NCBI GenBank assembly: GCA_965153355.1
Contig: OZ231126.1
Location: forward strand, 25,234,001-25,298,000
Source: Flaccisagitta enflata
Lineage: Eukaryota
Length of the DNA: 64,000 bases
Direction of reading: 5' to 3'
Below the pieces are notes generated by a model. The model was not told the origin of the DNA. It was given only the letters and a program-made list of their open reading frames with translations, and ran no database searches. Position numbers and translations under genes: made by a program. This document shows, piece by piece, positions 14,296 to 27,832 of the stretch (positions within the stretch are counted from its first letter, which is position 1; the number at the start of each line of letters is the position of its first letter).

Positions 14296-14527
14296 AAAAA
14301 CAAGTGACGCGGGGTCACAATATCGTTGCGGACGGGTGGGCAGGGGCAACCAACCCCCATCCACACCCCAAACCACCCCAACACTCAAACATACACAAAA
14401 GTATCGAAAATGCTCGTTTTCCCACTTTTCAACTCAATCACCATGACGGACGGACCAACGGACTGACAGACGGACGGACGGACGGACGGACAAAGCCTCT
14501 TATAGAATTGCGTGTCCGCAACTGAAA
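14296..14527 (-). mobile_element. HINE-like element, GTTGCGGAC family
   Basis: On minus: ttttcaGTTGCGGACacgcaattctata, (gtcc)n, GTCCGCAAC, hairpin GTGAC-cccgc-GTCAC, ttgtttt. Confidence 0.75.
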
Positions 14528-14886
14528 AAAAAAAACAACCTATCCTATCAGATTTTTTTGCCACGTCGGTACTTTTTTTTATATCAATATTTGAAATGAT
14601 TGCAAGTTAAACTCTATCAAAGACCAATTTTCTGGTTTAATAAGCCATGAACCCACTCTATCACGTAGATCTTGCTTCTGTCCGGAGAATAAACAAGTTT
14701 GACAGTCAAGATTTTGATAGTTTTTCTTCATTATTGATAGAGAGACAAAAATTTTTAAAGGCGTACAGCTCTATTGATGCTCTCAATCAAGTCGATTCGA
14801 TAAATAACTCATTACGTCAAAAGATGATCCGTTGTTGTATAAAGTTACATATTCATGACTTGTCAACATGTCATGCTTAACTGGTG

Positions 14887-15056
14887 AAAAACAAGGCCGG
14901 ATACACGGCAGGACAGACGCGGATGGTTGGGCAGGGGCAGCAATGCAAAAACCGCTTGCAATTCAGAAACGTTACGGACGGACCGATGGACCGACCGACC
15001 GACCGACCGACCGACAGACAGGGCAAGGTGTAGAGTCGCGTGTCCGCAAGTAAAAA
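14887..15056 (-). mobile_element. HINE-like element, family A2 (GCGGAC variant)
   Basis: aaaacaaggccggatacacggc...(gacc)n...gtagagtcgcgtgtccgcaagtaaaa. Confidence 0.75.
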
Positions 15057-15712
15057 GAGTTGCATTTATAAAAAAAAGATCTTCAAATTTCGTTTTACCG
15101 TTTGGCAAACATATTCTTAATTTTGGTTGAGTGGTTGAGTGCCATAAATACTGTTCATATCTTATCTAATACAATATATTTTCCCATTGTCAAAGCTTTT
15201 TAAAGATCCCTCAAATAAACTGTATGCAATATAAAGTAACGTGATATAATAGTAATGTGATAAGTGATAAGTAATGTGATAAGTAATAAGTAATAAGTAA
15301 TAAGTAATAAGTGATAAGTGATAATTAATGTGATAAGTAATGTGATAGTAAGCGTCAGAAACATTATCTGGCCATGCTTAATGGTAAATGACAAAATAAT
15401 GAGGTTTAATATAAGGTTATGACAAAGATTATAAAGAAACGGTCACGTGGTTGGCAAAGAGCAGTTTAAAGAGCAGATGACACAATAAAAAAGAAAAAAA
15501 GTCACAGCCTGGGCACATATTTTTGTCTGGTTGCAAAAATGGGTCTTGAAGAAGTGTGTCACACTCACAAACCAGAGTTTCTAATGGTCCTAGGAAGTGA
15601 CTCCTCATCATTATCGCCATCAGCTGATGCCAAAATGATCCATGCACATGTCCATTAAAAAAAAGGAACCTTGAAAAAGAAGTGTTCGCGAGAGTATGAC
15701 TACGAGTGCGGG

Positions 15713-15803
<91 letters not shown>

Positions 15804-16013
15804 TCAATTCTTTAACCTATCATCACTGACTAACACCATCGCAATGGGGCTCATCTCGATAATACGCACAGGAAAAAAAATCAAGCGGCTGAGAGAGAGA
15901 GAGAGAGAGAGAGAGGCTTGCTGGCAGACGTCCCGTGGAAAGAAAGAGGAAGGAAGGCAAGCGTCTATGGCAAAACCTCCATTAGGCCAATGGGGGACGG
16001 CGAAGGACGAGAG

Positions 16014-16141
<128 letters not shown>

Positions 16142-16178
16142 AGGTCATTGATGCTGAAAAAGGACGCCCGAATTGGTA

Positions 16179-16687
16179 CAGTAGATGTCGTCTATACTTG
16201 GAAATACGGGGGCCCTCATATCCTAATTACCATTTGTACAAATGAAATAAACCTCTGTATGTATAATGCTTATGTCCTATAGGGTTGACCATGGGGTATG
16301 GCAGCTCTGTGAATAGAAAATTCTTTTGAATGTACTAAATCAAATTCGCTAAATGGAATCAGCTTCTGGAATTGGTTTAGTGGTTAACTCACTTGACTTC
16401 TGGTTTATCTTGATCAGTTTATTTAGTCAAAGGTTCCAGGTTCGAATCCCAGACTGGTTTTGTACTTTAAGCAAATGGATGAAGCTGATATTCTGCAAAA
16501 ACAGTGATTGATCCTAAAATTTTATACTAAAAGTTTTTTTCTTAGGGTAGGCCGTAGGGGGATGCCATACCCCATCGTCAACCCCTTAGGGTCTAAACAT
16601 TATATCAACAAAATATCAGTCCCCTCACTATAATGATACTCAGGTTATGAGCTCCCCCGTATTTCCAAGTCTAGACGACATCTACTG
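16179..16687. mobile_element. MITE, Tc1/mariner-pogo type
   Basis: TIR cagtagatgtcgtctatacttggaaatacggggg / cccccgtatttccaagtctagacgacatctactg with TA on both sides (16177-78, 16688-89). Inner IR gggttgaccatggggtatggca / tgccataccccatcgtcaaccc. Confidence 0.85.
16365..16460 (+). pseudogene. tRNA-like (pseudo-tRNA or SINE head) sequence
   Basis: A-box-like TGGTTTAGTGG, B box GGTTCGAATCC, anticodon-stem-like ttgac...gtcaa interrupted by ~21 nt. T and acceptor stems pair poorly. Confidence 0.45.
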
Positions 16688-16711
16688 TAGCCCCCTAAAA
16701 AAGATGAAAAA

Positions 16712-16803
16712 CATGTTTTATGTTTTATGTTTTATGTTTTATGTTTTATGTTTTATGTTTTATGTTTTATGTTTTATGTTTTATGTTTTATGTTTTATGT
16801 TTT
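16712..16803. repeat. (ATGTTTT)n heptamer repeat
   Basis: Directly visible, about 13 units. Confidence 0.9.
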
Positions 16804-17196
16804 CATGTCTCTTTCTTTCAAATAAGAAATAGGTAGGGTAAAAATCGGACATGGGGGAAATCTCATGTATGAGTGAACTGCAAGGTAGAATAAGAATTAA
16901 GAAAGAAGGGAAAATAGAATAGAGTAAATGAAGAATGCATAAAAGACAAGAATATTAGAGAGAAAAAAAACCTAAAAGGAACAAGAAAACCGAAAAAAGA
17001 AAGAGTGACATGAGGCACGAAAAGAGGAGAGAAAGTGAAAAATAGAAAAAAAGAAAGAAAAAAAGAAGGAAGAAAGAAAAAAAGAAGCGGGAAGAGTCAA
17101 ACTGATGAATTAAATGACGGCCATTTTGAATAGTGGCCTTCGAATGAACGCGTCCTATGTTAAATGAGTCTGCTTGAGTGGAACACATAAATCACG

Positions 17197-17298
<102 letters not shown>

Positions 17299-17523
17299 GA
17301 TTTGTTGCAGAAAAGATAGGTGAGAATCAATTCTAGATTTCTGACACAAATTCAATAAAACAAACGAGAAGATTAACGGTGAACTTGTCTAGACTAAAGC
17401 GTTTCTACTATAAAACGTTTATTCGTTGGATCATCTCCAGCCTTCCCAATGGGAAAGAAATAGAGAAGAAAACCCCATAAAAACAAGATGGTTATTTTGA
17501 TCGAGATCAAGAAGTAAGGAGGA

Positions 17524-17610
<87 letters not shown>

Positions 17611-17976
17611 GAGACAGACAGACAGACCGACAGAGAGAGTGTATGTGTGTGGTGATTATGAGACAGAAATTGCTTGGTGATTACACTTGATGACTTCGTT
17701 CTTTGTGCGGTTGTGACCTCGCTTTGGCTGAGGTTAGATAAGCTCATTCGCCTGGAAATTATCATCCGCTGCTTAATAAAACATTAATAAATGACACAAA
17801 TCAACAGTTAATGCCCCATAAATAGACTTCTTTTTTAAAAAGAAGATTATTAGAAATTTCTCATTTGAATAAAAAGGGACATTCTGGAGAAAGAATTAGC
17901 TACATCATCATCACCCGTAGGCATCTCAGCAGTGCGTAAGACTCCACATGCCTTTATAAATTCATATCCAGTCCAA

Positions 17977-18100
17977 TTTTTAGTCGCGGACTCTACACCT
18001 TTCCATGTCGGTCGGTAACATTTTTGAATTCCGAGCGGTTTTCGCATTACTGCTCCTGCCCAACCGTCCACGACTGGATTGCCGTGTATCCGGCCTTGTT
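17977..18100 (+). mobile_element. HINE-like element, family A2
   Basis: ttttagtcgcggactctaca...gccgtgtatccggccttgtt. Confidence 0.8.
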
Positions 18101-18745
18101 AATATCAACTTGAATTTCAGTATGATTACATCATTACAAAATACGCATTGAAGAAGGGACATGTTCCTCTCTTCATGGCATCAAGCATCTTATTCATGCT
18201 CATCATATAAATGATATAGTTCCCTCTTACCAGTTCTGGTCAAGTTTTCTCAGTATTGCAATGACCTCCAGTCATCCACCCATCCATAACGATTCTTACT
18301 TTGTATGCCGGTTGCAATAAACCAACATGCTCTTGGGAATGACATCGATATCTATTTTTTTTTTTTGAAAGATTTCTATTATTTATTGTTGCCATTCAAT
18401 ATTCATCCAAGTGGATAGATTGACGATGAAGGTATCAGACTTGAGTCTCAGCTCATAGCCTTAACTATTCTTGCTATTTACAGTCTAAACGAACACTAAC
18501 ATATAACTATGATGACTTGTAGGATATTTCGAACCGAGTCATACTAATCTAATAAGAATCCTTTCCCATCATCGTTATTTCATTCTTCATTTTTCATTGT
18601 CTGTCAATTTAGTCTGCGTGTGTATCTTTCAGAGTGAGAGTTATCTATTCCTTCGGCCGATTCAGTCTCACTCTCTTTCCCTTCTCGCCTCTGATTCTAG
18701 TTAATGTCGCCTAATTTACCCCGGTATAAAAAAGAGAGAAAAGAA

Positions 18746-18817
<72 letters not shown>

Positions 18818-18994
18818 GCATGTGTTTAAGCGGGCGTCTATGCGTTGAGTGTTCTTGCGTGCGTGCGTGCGTGCGTGCGTGCGTTTGTATCGTGATGGGT
18901 TGCTGCGTGCACGCGCGAATGGAGTAACACCTTCTTTGACGCGTTGGGCTTCGGCGTCATGCGAGCGAGAGCGAATCCATAGGGGCGGTGGATA

Positions 18995-19070
<76 letters not shown>

Positions 19071-19197
19071 GTAGAGACAGTCAGTCAGAGGCAGACAGAC
19101 AAAAACTAACATATATCGACACCGATTTGACGAAAGACAGTTGGAAATACAGCAGTTAGATAGACGCACAAACGCACAGTATTGAGACAGACATAGT

Positions 19198-19233
<36 letters not shown>

Positions 19234-20370
19234 ATACAGATCAGATTTACAGGAAGCGACAGAAGACTACAGAGGGAACCAGATGTAGACACGGAGAAAA
19301 GAAAGATGAGACAGAAAAACGTGACAGACAGAGACAGACAGATACTAAAGAGACAGAAATACAAGGCAGACAGAGACAGACAGATACTAAATGAGACAGA
19401 AAGACAAAGCCGACAGAGACTGAGTCGATGATATTCAAATGAGATTTAGAGACGAAAATAGCGGAGGATGTAAAACAGACAGAGGAGGGATTCTCGGGGC
19501 CAAGACAGAGATGGCGCGCGTGGGGTAATGAGACTTAAGCTCATCGACTTATAAAAATGCGAGTATTTGGTGGGATGGAGTTTGGAGGGATATAGAAACA
19601 TGGCTTTCTTCTCTATTTTCAGTTAAGGTTGTGTGAATGATATTGTTCCACTTTGTATCACCGCTAATGAGGTCATTTTTATCACATGAGGGTTCAATTT
19701 TAAGTTCATGTGGCTGTGACATGTCTTTTGTCCCCATCAAATTTGTTGATTGATTGTTTGATTGATTTAATTGGAGGACCATTGGTTCCCTTCTAAATCA
19801 GCTAATAGTGAGCTACGTCAAATAGGGCAGCACTGACCATTGACCATCTCAAAGTATTAGGTCAAAGGTTACCCCAAGAAATGTGCTCAGTCTTAACAAG
19901 TGGATATCAAGGATTAGTTTTAGTGATCTATTGATAAACTTCAATGACAATGATAAAATGTGCTGTGAAATAGATGAAAGCATTTTTTCTTCCAACTTAT
20001 CATTGTTTGTCGTTTGTGTTGTTCCCTTCATAAGCAAGAAAAAACATTTTTTGTGATTGGAAGAAATTTCCATTTCCCTTTTATTTGGGTCTGCTTCTCA
20101 GTTTTTTTTCTTTCTCTCTCTCTCTTCTAGGTTTCTCTCTTTTTTCTCTGTTTTTTTTTCTTTTTCCTCTTATTTTTTTCTTCTGTTGTCTCGCGCCATT
20201 CTGCTATCGTCTGCTCATTCATCATGTTGCTAAGTGGGCAGAATAAGAAACAAGGGCTCCGCTTTGCTTTCTTTTCCCGTCTTGTCAGTCTTTTATCTGG
20301 CTCGAACCATCACGACTTCAAAACAATGACAACAACCACAACAAAAACAAAGAAAACTATGCTGAAAATG

Positions 20371-20483
<113 letters not shown>

Positions 20484-20883
20484 ATACTTGCATCAATGAA
20501 AAAAGTTTCATTTTCTAACAACAAAAAGACAAGGAAAAGAAAGACAGTCTAGGACTGACAAACAGACAAACAGACAAAGGCAACTCATCATCAACAAGCA
20601 CTTGGCATTTATTCAGAGGAGAAGAAAGGGAAAGAAATAAAAGAATAGAAACAAGAACCAGGTCTCTTTATTCAAAAGAATTTGTTGATATTTTCCAGGA
20701 CATGTTTGAGTTGGTTTTTTTTTTCATAAAATCGTTATAACTTTTTTTATGTATGTTCGATTGTATATGTGGAGCAGCATTTTGGTAAAAAAAGGGCAGG
20801 TCTGTCCATGACTGGCTGACTGCTTCCTGCTCCGAGTGAAAAATGGTCTTTTCATGAAAGAGTTTCACCCAACTAGGTCAAAG

Positions 20884-20979
<96 letters not shown>

Positions 20980-20990
20980 GAAAGAAAGAA

Positions 20991-21033
<43 letters not shown>

Positions 21034-21710
21034 AAGAGAAAGAGAGAGAGAGAAAGAGAAAGAGAGAGAGGCAGAGATGCAGAGGCCAGAGAGGTACAGA
21101 GACAGAGAAAGGTTTTCGGGGAGAGACCCCATGCCCTGCGGTCAGACCTCGCAAGGAGAATCCCGGCCATTTTTTCTCTCTTCTTCTTCTTCTTCCTCTC
21201 AAAAAATTTTTGCTCCACAAAGAAAAAAAAAACTCCCAAGTTTTTTTTGGTCTTCTTTCATTTCTGTTCTCAGATTGAGTGTGAAAAGGAATCTTTTTTC
21301 TAAACTGAAGGCACAAGATGGAAAAAGTGTATTTGCTAACGTTAAGTATCTTTGTCAGTTCTTTTTTCTCTGGTTACTATTGTGAGTTTTGTCAAAGCCT
21401 CATACATTGAATGTGAGACATTTGCCTTTTTTTTTTGTTCCATTCTCCAATCTTTTGCCTTTTCGATTCTGTTTTCTTTTGTCTATTTTCCCGTTTCTGT
21501 CTGTCTATCTGTCTTTCGGTCATTCAGTATTTTTCTTACAGCCTGTCATTCTGTGTTGGTCTTTCAGCCTGTCTCTTTGATGCCCTATGTCTTGGTCTGC
21601 CTTTGACTCTTTCTCTCTCTTTCACGGTTCTGCTAGTTTGTATGCCTTTCTGACTGTTTTTCGTCTGTCTTTCTGTCTTTCTGTCTGTCTCTCTGCCTGT
21701 CTTTCTGTGT

Positions 21711-21827
<117 letters not shown>

Positions 21828-22554
21828 CAAGTTCCTTATGCCAAATAAGTGATATAGATTTCTGGCTCACATTCACTTTTCCCCCTTTTTTTCTGGCATC
21901 GAGTGGAAAAAGTGATTTATTACCATTCCTTCCTTCTTTGACTCTCATTTAGTTTTAAGAGATTCGAAGGGTCTTCAATATTACTGCTTTTTTCCTCCGT
22001 TTTTTTTCTCTCTTTTCCTTCTATATCTTTCTTTCTTTTTTACTGGCAATCTGCTTACTGTATAATAGTTTTCAGCCCTTGCTTAGGTGGTCCTCTTTAT
22101 ACCTTATATTATTTTCCGCCATTCCTCTATGATCAGTATTTATCAGCGTTATTCCATATGCGATTTATTTGTGGACATCGATCAATTGCTTTGAAAATTA
22201 ATCAAACAAGACTTTTTTTCAGTTTTTGTTTCTGCTATTGTTTGTTGCCGCGCATTTTTTGATGCCTTTTTAATGCAGTTGTACACATTTAAATCAGGGG
22301 TGCGAAAGCAGTGGGGTAGCTTCAAGATTGAATAGTTTCTAAAACCCTGGTCATGAGACTGGCTGGAACGTTTCTTAAGGATGTCCTCAAAGCTTCCAAT
22401 GTAAGTTTGCACCAATTGCACATGCTCAAACGCACCACTTCTCAAAGAAACGAATATGAAAGAAATATTTCTCAAGGATGATTTTTTTTCCCTCTCGACC
22501 AAATTTGCATCTTTTACAAAAGGATTTCATGCATGTGAAAGAAAAAAGGAAGTG

Positions 22555-22595
<41 letters not shown>

Positions 22596-23273
22596 GTCTC
22601 TTTTCTTTGATTCATGTCCATCTTATTCATCCTACGAAAAAAATGGAAATGTGGCTGATTAGAAGGCTTATGAGAGGAAAAAACCAAGAGGAACAAAATG
22701 AGCCAGACAAAAAAAAAGAAAAAGAAAAAGAAAAAGAAACCAGGCAGACAGAAACAAAGATATCACTTATCAATTGATAGAATTAAATGAGGGCCAAGCA
22801 GTAGTTGGAATTATCAAGAAGCCGTCTTATTCGCGATCTGTCACTTTTCATGTTATCTTTTCTTCTTTTTGGAAAAAAATCAACGCTTCTGTAGTGTATA
22901 TCCAGTAAAAGTCATCTGTTTTATGCTGTCTTTATAGCAAACGACGGTAAATATCTTCATCACGATGTCTCATGCTCTTTATGTGGTCCCTATTTAGTAT
23001 TTCTTGGCTCAATGCACGAGTTCTTATCGTATCAATTTCTTTTTCTTATATTTCTTTCCGTCTCTAACTCTGTCTCCTGGTCTTTTCGTCTTGGACTCTT
23101 ATTCCTTCCAGACCCATTTCCATTCTACATATTCTATTTCATTCAGTTTTTATTCCTCTGTTTTCTTCTTTAACTCCCTCCTCGCCTGTTTCTTCCCTCG
23201 GCTTTTTTCCTCTGTCTTGTACATTCCCCCGTTGTTTTTTTTTTTCACTACTTTTCCATCTTGACCCTATCAT

Positions 23274-23429
23274 TTTTTTAGTCGCGGAAACGCGACTCTA
23301 CACCTTGCCGTGTCGGTCCGTCGGTAGGTCTGTCGGTCCGTCCGTCACATTTTTGAATTCCGAGCGGTTTTCGCATTACTGCTCCTGCCCAACCGTCCGC
23401 GATTGGATTGCTGTGTATCCGGCCTTGTT
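23274..23429 (+). mobile_element. HINE-like element, family A2
   Basis: ttttAGTCGCGGAaacgcgactctaca...GTCCGCGATT...gtgtatccggccttgtt. Confidence 0.8.
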
Positions 23430-23543
23430 CCTAAAGGATTCTTGATTTTTTTCCCCTTCAATTTTACAATTCCTACCACCCTCTTTAGCCCTTTCCATTC
23501 ACCTGCCCCTGAATCTTTCCCGATCCATATCACCCCCTCCTCA

Positions 23544-23690
23544 TTTTTAGTCGCGGACACGCGACTCTAGAACTTGCCGTGTCGGTCGGTAGGTCAGTAG
23601 GTCCGAAATATTGTTAAATTGCGAGCGGTTTTCGCATTACGGCTCCTGCCCAACCGTCCGCGACTGTCTTGCCGTGTATCCGGCCTTGTT
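23544..23690 (+). mobile_element. HINE-like element, family A2
   Basis: ttttAGTCGCGGACacgcgactcta...GTCCGCGACT...gccgtgtatccggccttgtt. Confidence 0.8.
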
Positions 23691-23775
23691 CCTTCTCCGA
23701 GTCCTGCCTCCCTCTCCAAAACTGTTCAATAAACAGTATTCATCCGATCGTGTCACCCACCACAGGATTTTTACC

Positions 23776-24008
23776 TACCCAAGACATGTCACCCTGTCTT
23801 GATTTTTCCTCACCTTCTCCTGTCTCTTCAATTACCCAAGACATGTCACCCTGTCTTGATTTTTCCTCACCTTCTCCTGTCTTTTCAATTACCCAAGACA
23901 TGTCACCCTGTCTTGATTTTTCCTCACCTTCTCCTGTCTTTTCACTTACCCAAGACATGTCACCCTGTTCTGATTTTTCCTCACCATCTCTTGTCTCTAC
24001 ACTTACCC
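23776..24008. repeat. 57-bp minisatellite, about 4 copies
   Basis: Unit tacccaagacatgtcaccctgtcttgatttttcctcaccttctcctgtcttttcaat recurs at 23776, 23833, 23890, 23947. Confidence 0.92.
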
Positions 24009-24961
24009 GTAGTCGCGTCTCCCTTTTTTTCGTTTTCTGCGTTTCTCCCGAGATTTTTGAGTCTATTGATAATTCCCAGAGTGGAACAGATTCGTCTCCT
24101 CTTTAGCAACTCTTCACTTAACTCTCTTTTAACTAATTTAATTTTTCGCTTTTTAACAAATTTCATTTTCGCTCCTCGAGTCTTTTTTTTTCCTCTTCTT
24201 CTTCTTCTCCCTCTTCTTTTCTTCTTTTTTTCCTTTCTTTTTCTGTCTGCAACTTGATTACTGCTTTTAGCTGATGAAGCTATTACTCATCGCAGGATGA
24301 GGATTCTTTTTCTTTTTTGGTCGTTGTTTTCCTTAGTGCCATTGTTTAGGCCCCTTCCCTTCGCCCTCTCAATTCCATGTTGATTTTGCGCAGCAAATAT
24401 TTACTTCGATTCTAGAGCCAATTTCATTTAGTTTTTGCATCTCTTGTTCAGTAAGACAGTAGTATGATTTTTCAATTGTAAAGAAGCCATGATCATATGC
24501 AGGACACCAAAGACCATCGAGACATAGCACTTTCCATCAGGCAACACTTATTCCTATTTGCGAGCAAGATTCTTCTGTCCGTCTGTCTGTCCATTTGTCC
24601 GTCCGTCCGTCCTTCAGCGAAACGTTGTGTGTGGATGTGTGTGTGTGTGTGCGTGTGTGAGTGAGTGAGTGAGTGAGTGAGTGAGTGAGTGAGTGAGTGA
24701 GTGAGTGAGTGAGTGAGTGAGTTAGTGTGTGTGTGTGTGTGTGTTTCTTTTTTTTTTTCCTTTTTTCTTTATCTTTTTTTTTTCTTTTTTGCAACAACCG
24801 GTGACAACAACCCCGCCAAGAGAGAGTTATAGAAAAAAGAGTGAGCGAGGAAGCGAGAGCGTGAGTAAATCTCCGAGTTGATAGACAAGTTCAACGACAG
24901 GAAAAATTTCATCCTTCGTAAGCTCGTTACCGGCGTAATGAACCATAAAAACGAGCTGCAG

Positions 24962-25000
<39 letters not shown>

Positions 25001-25304
25001 TCCCAGTTCTTCATTAAATAAAACATGGAGAGAAAGATAGATACAGACAAAGACAGTGACAGTGGCAAATAACCGTAAGAAGGGCTCTTGCTCATGACCT
25101 AACGTAAAGACAAAACTGACATTGACAACCCGGAAACTGATGGTGACGATTTAAGATTAAGACGATTAGGAACTCCTTGGCGTGAAAATACATCCAAACA
25201 CAAGAACACACGAATTACGAACACACGCGGTACTTAGCTAATTCGGTAATTCAATCTACGTTGGTCCAACCCCCAAGTGGGATTGACTCCATTTTACCCT
25301 CATT

Positions 25305-25363
<59 letters not shown>

Positions 25364-25814
25364 GCTCCGGCCACGAGCGATTTTGACGTGTAATCCGATT
25401 ACTGTTTAGCTTAATCCCTCGCAAATTCTCAGAGTCAAATTAGGGCCTCCCCCGAGTTACCCTCTTTTCATTCTCTTCACCGGTCCTTCCGTTTGCCTTT
25501 CGACTGACTCGTCATCTTGTCGACGTCGTTGTCGTCGTTGTCATCGTCGTCGTCTTTGTCGTCGTCGTCGTCGTTGTCACCTTCTTCGTTTCCGCAGTAT
25601 GAAAAAAATTGTATCTTCTGCGTATATATCTGGTCACAGTTTAGGATGTATAGTTTGAGACTTTATATGGGTACGATTCGAATGGTGATTGCCTATTCCA
25701 GTATGTAATGAGATGTTGATGATGTTTTGAGATGCAATTGTTCTGATGAGAATGTATACACTTATTTTTAGAGTGTTAAAAGAGCGGTATCAGTTATCGC
25801 CGCTCCAACAGCAG

Positions 25815-26053
25815 CTACATCATTGACTTATCATTTACTTTCATTCCTCCCAACCCCTTTTTTCTTCCCCCCTCTCTCATACCTGCCCCTCCTACTTACA
25901 TTTTCTCTTCTGTTATCCACCATTTTCTTCCATTTTCTCCGGTGATTCCTCCTTCCCCTCCTCTTCCTCACTTCTACCTTCTCCTTCTTTTCTCTTTTTT
26001 CCTCCCTTTCCCTTTTCCTTCCTTTCACTTTTTCTCCCCAAAATCCCAAGTAG
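25815..26053 (+). promoter_or_regulatory. Polypyrimidine tract and 3' splice acceptor (AAG/TAG tandem) of the Hox4 intron
   Basis: C/T-rich run with no AG from 25815 to 26048, then cccAAG TAG directly before the homeobox linker codons. Confidence 0.85.
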
Positions 26054-26562
26054 CAAACGGAACCAACTTCGCGGGCGAACCGAAGCGCGCGCGGACGGCG
26101 TACACGCGTCACCAAGTCTTGGAGTTGGAGAAGGAATTTCACTTCAATCGATATTTGACACGTCGCCGTCGGATCGAGATCGCCCACGCCCTCTGCCTCA
26201 CCGAGAGACAGATCAAAATCTGGTTCCAAAATCGCCGCATGAAATGGAAGAAAGATCATAAGCTCCCCAACACGAAGACCGTCAAATCACGAGCAGCCGT
26301 GGTCGCTCAGCAGGCGGAACAAGCCGCCGCCGCTGCAGCAGCTGCCCAGAAAAACCAAGTCTCCTCCGATAACAACAACTCAGCGGCGGATCCGTCGCAA
26401 CAACAACAACAGCAGCAGCAGCAACAACAGCAGCAACAACAACAACAACAGCAAACTCCGCATCTGTCGAACAACAGTGTGCCAAATATTCCACCCGACC
26501 TTTCCAGCGCAGGTTCATTCGATATGGACGATGATATAAACTCACTGGATGATCTACAGTGA
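26051..26562 (+). CDS. Dfd: Hox4/Deformed homeobox gene, terminal coding exon (homeodomain 26080-26259)
   Basis: Translation (V)[80 protein letters not shown] and the LPNTK parapeptide are diagnostic of paralogy group 4. Preceded by a long polypyrimidine tract and AG at 26049-26050 (phase 1); stop TGA 26560-26562. The ORF-track start at 25942 is intronic. Confidence 0.97.
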
Positions 26563-26928
26563 GACAAAAGCAACACAAAGCAAGGAGGAAAGAATGAAGA
26601 ATTATAAAAAGAAAACTCGCTGGAGAATTTGCAGAATTGGTTAGTTAAAAAAAAATGTAAACAAACCAAAACCAAAATTAAACGACGATCTTCGCGTCCA
26701 AAAAGCTCGACTCAGGGAGAAATTATAACAAGAAACACACCGGGAAGGGAAAAAAGAAAATCAACAATGAAGTAGTGAGAAAAGAAATATGTGGAACGTA
26801 CAAACAGAAACAAACAAACAAACAAACAAACAAACAATCAAACAAACAAAGCAACATGAAGAAAAATGGATCGAATGAAGGTGTACCATTCTCGCCTCAG
26901 CCACGTCTTTACCATGGAAGAAAAGGGG

Positions 26929-27017
<89 letters not shown>

Positions 27018-27404
27018 CGCTTGCAAAGCCAATAATTCACGGGATTGACCGTTGAAAGGCGTGACGTACAACATGCTAGTCAACCCTTACACGCGCATTT
27101 GAAATACACGCGGGCATGAAAGTGCGTGCGTGTATGCCCGCCTGCATCTCTAAAAAAATACGAAATCGCACCCGAGTGTTTTTGCCAAGACGGCCGCATG
27201 GGACACGTTTGCATTAGAAACGTACACGCAACGAAGGTCGCATGAGACACGATCACGTGGGACTGGTGGGCGTAACACGCGCAACGCGAGGTCACGCGGG
27301 CGGGAGGCCGTGACTCTCGTTTACGCGAACGTGTGTGTATACAAGAATGTGCCGCAACGTTAGCAACATCCACGTGAAGCGAGACGACGACAACAACAAA
27401 AAAT

Positions 27405-27488
<84 letters not shown>

Positions 27489-27826
27489 TTATAAGACAGG
27501 GTTTCCGCTTGTGCTCATGCGTACTTGGAACTTTCCGTGGCCATCGTTCGTCCATCGCACACGCACTCCCGCGTGCATTCTTCTGTCTCTCTGTCTTTCG
27601 GACTTCTCGCGCCTTCATTCATTCTCGGATATACGAGAGAGAGACGTGAATTTAGCGAGAGAGGCACTGCTTCAGCCCGGGTCTGAGCCTCTTCCGACCC
27701 GACCTCAAGCTCGTGGACACGCCTCCAGGCGTCTGACCAAGGACACTCGGGAGGGAACATGAGGAGAAGGAAGGGAGGAGAATGAGGAGGGAGAGGAGGA
27801 AGAAGAGGATGAGCAGGAGGAAGAAA

Positions 27827-27832
27827 AATAAA
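27827..27832 (+). terminator. Candidate Hox4 polyadenylation signal
   Basis: AATAAA about 1.27 kb after the stop codon; first canonical hexamer I noticed downstream. No transcript support. Confidence 0.3.

Noticed and set aside
19859..19871. DR1-like AGGTCA-A-AGGTTA
   Set aside because: Single imperfect motif in AT-rich, probably repeat-derived DNA; expected by chance.
23776..24008. Regular repeats (also 60899-61152, 34333-34620) as CRISPR-like arrays or repeat proteins
   Set aside because: Contiguous tandem units with no unique spacers, eukaryotic context and no cas genes.
25831..26259. Antisense ORF over the homeobox
   Set aside because: Usual shadow ORF of a GC-rich homeobox.
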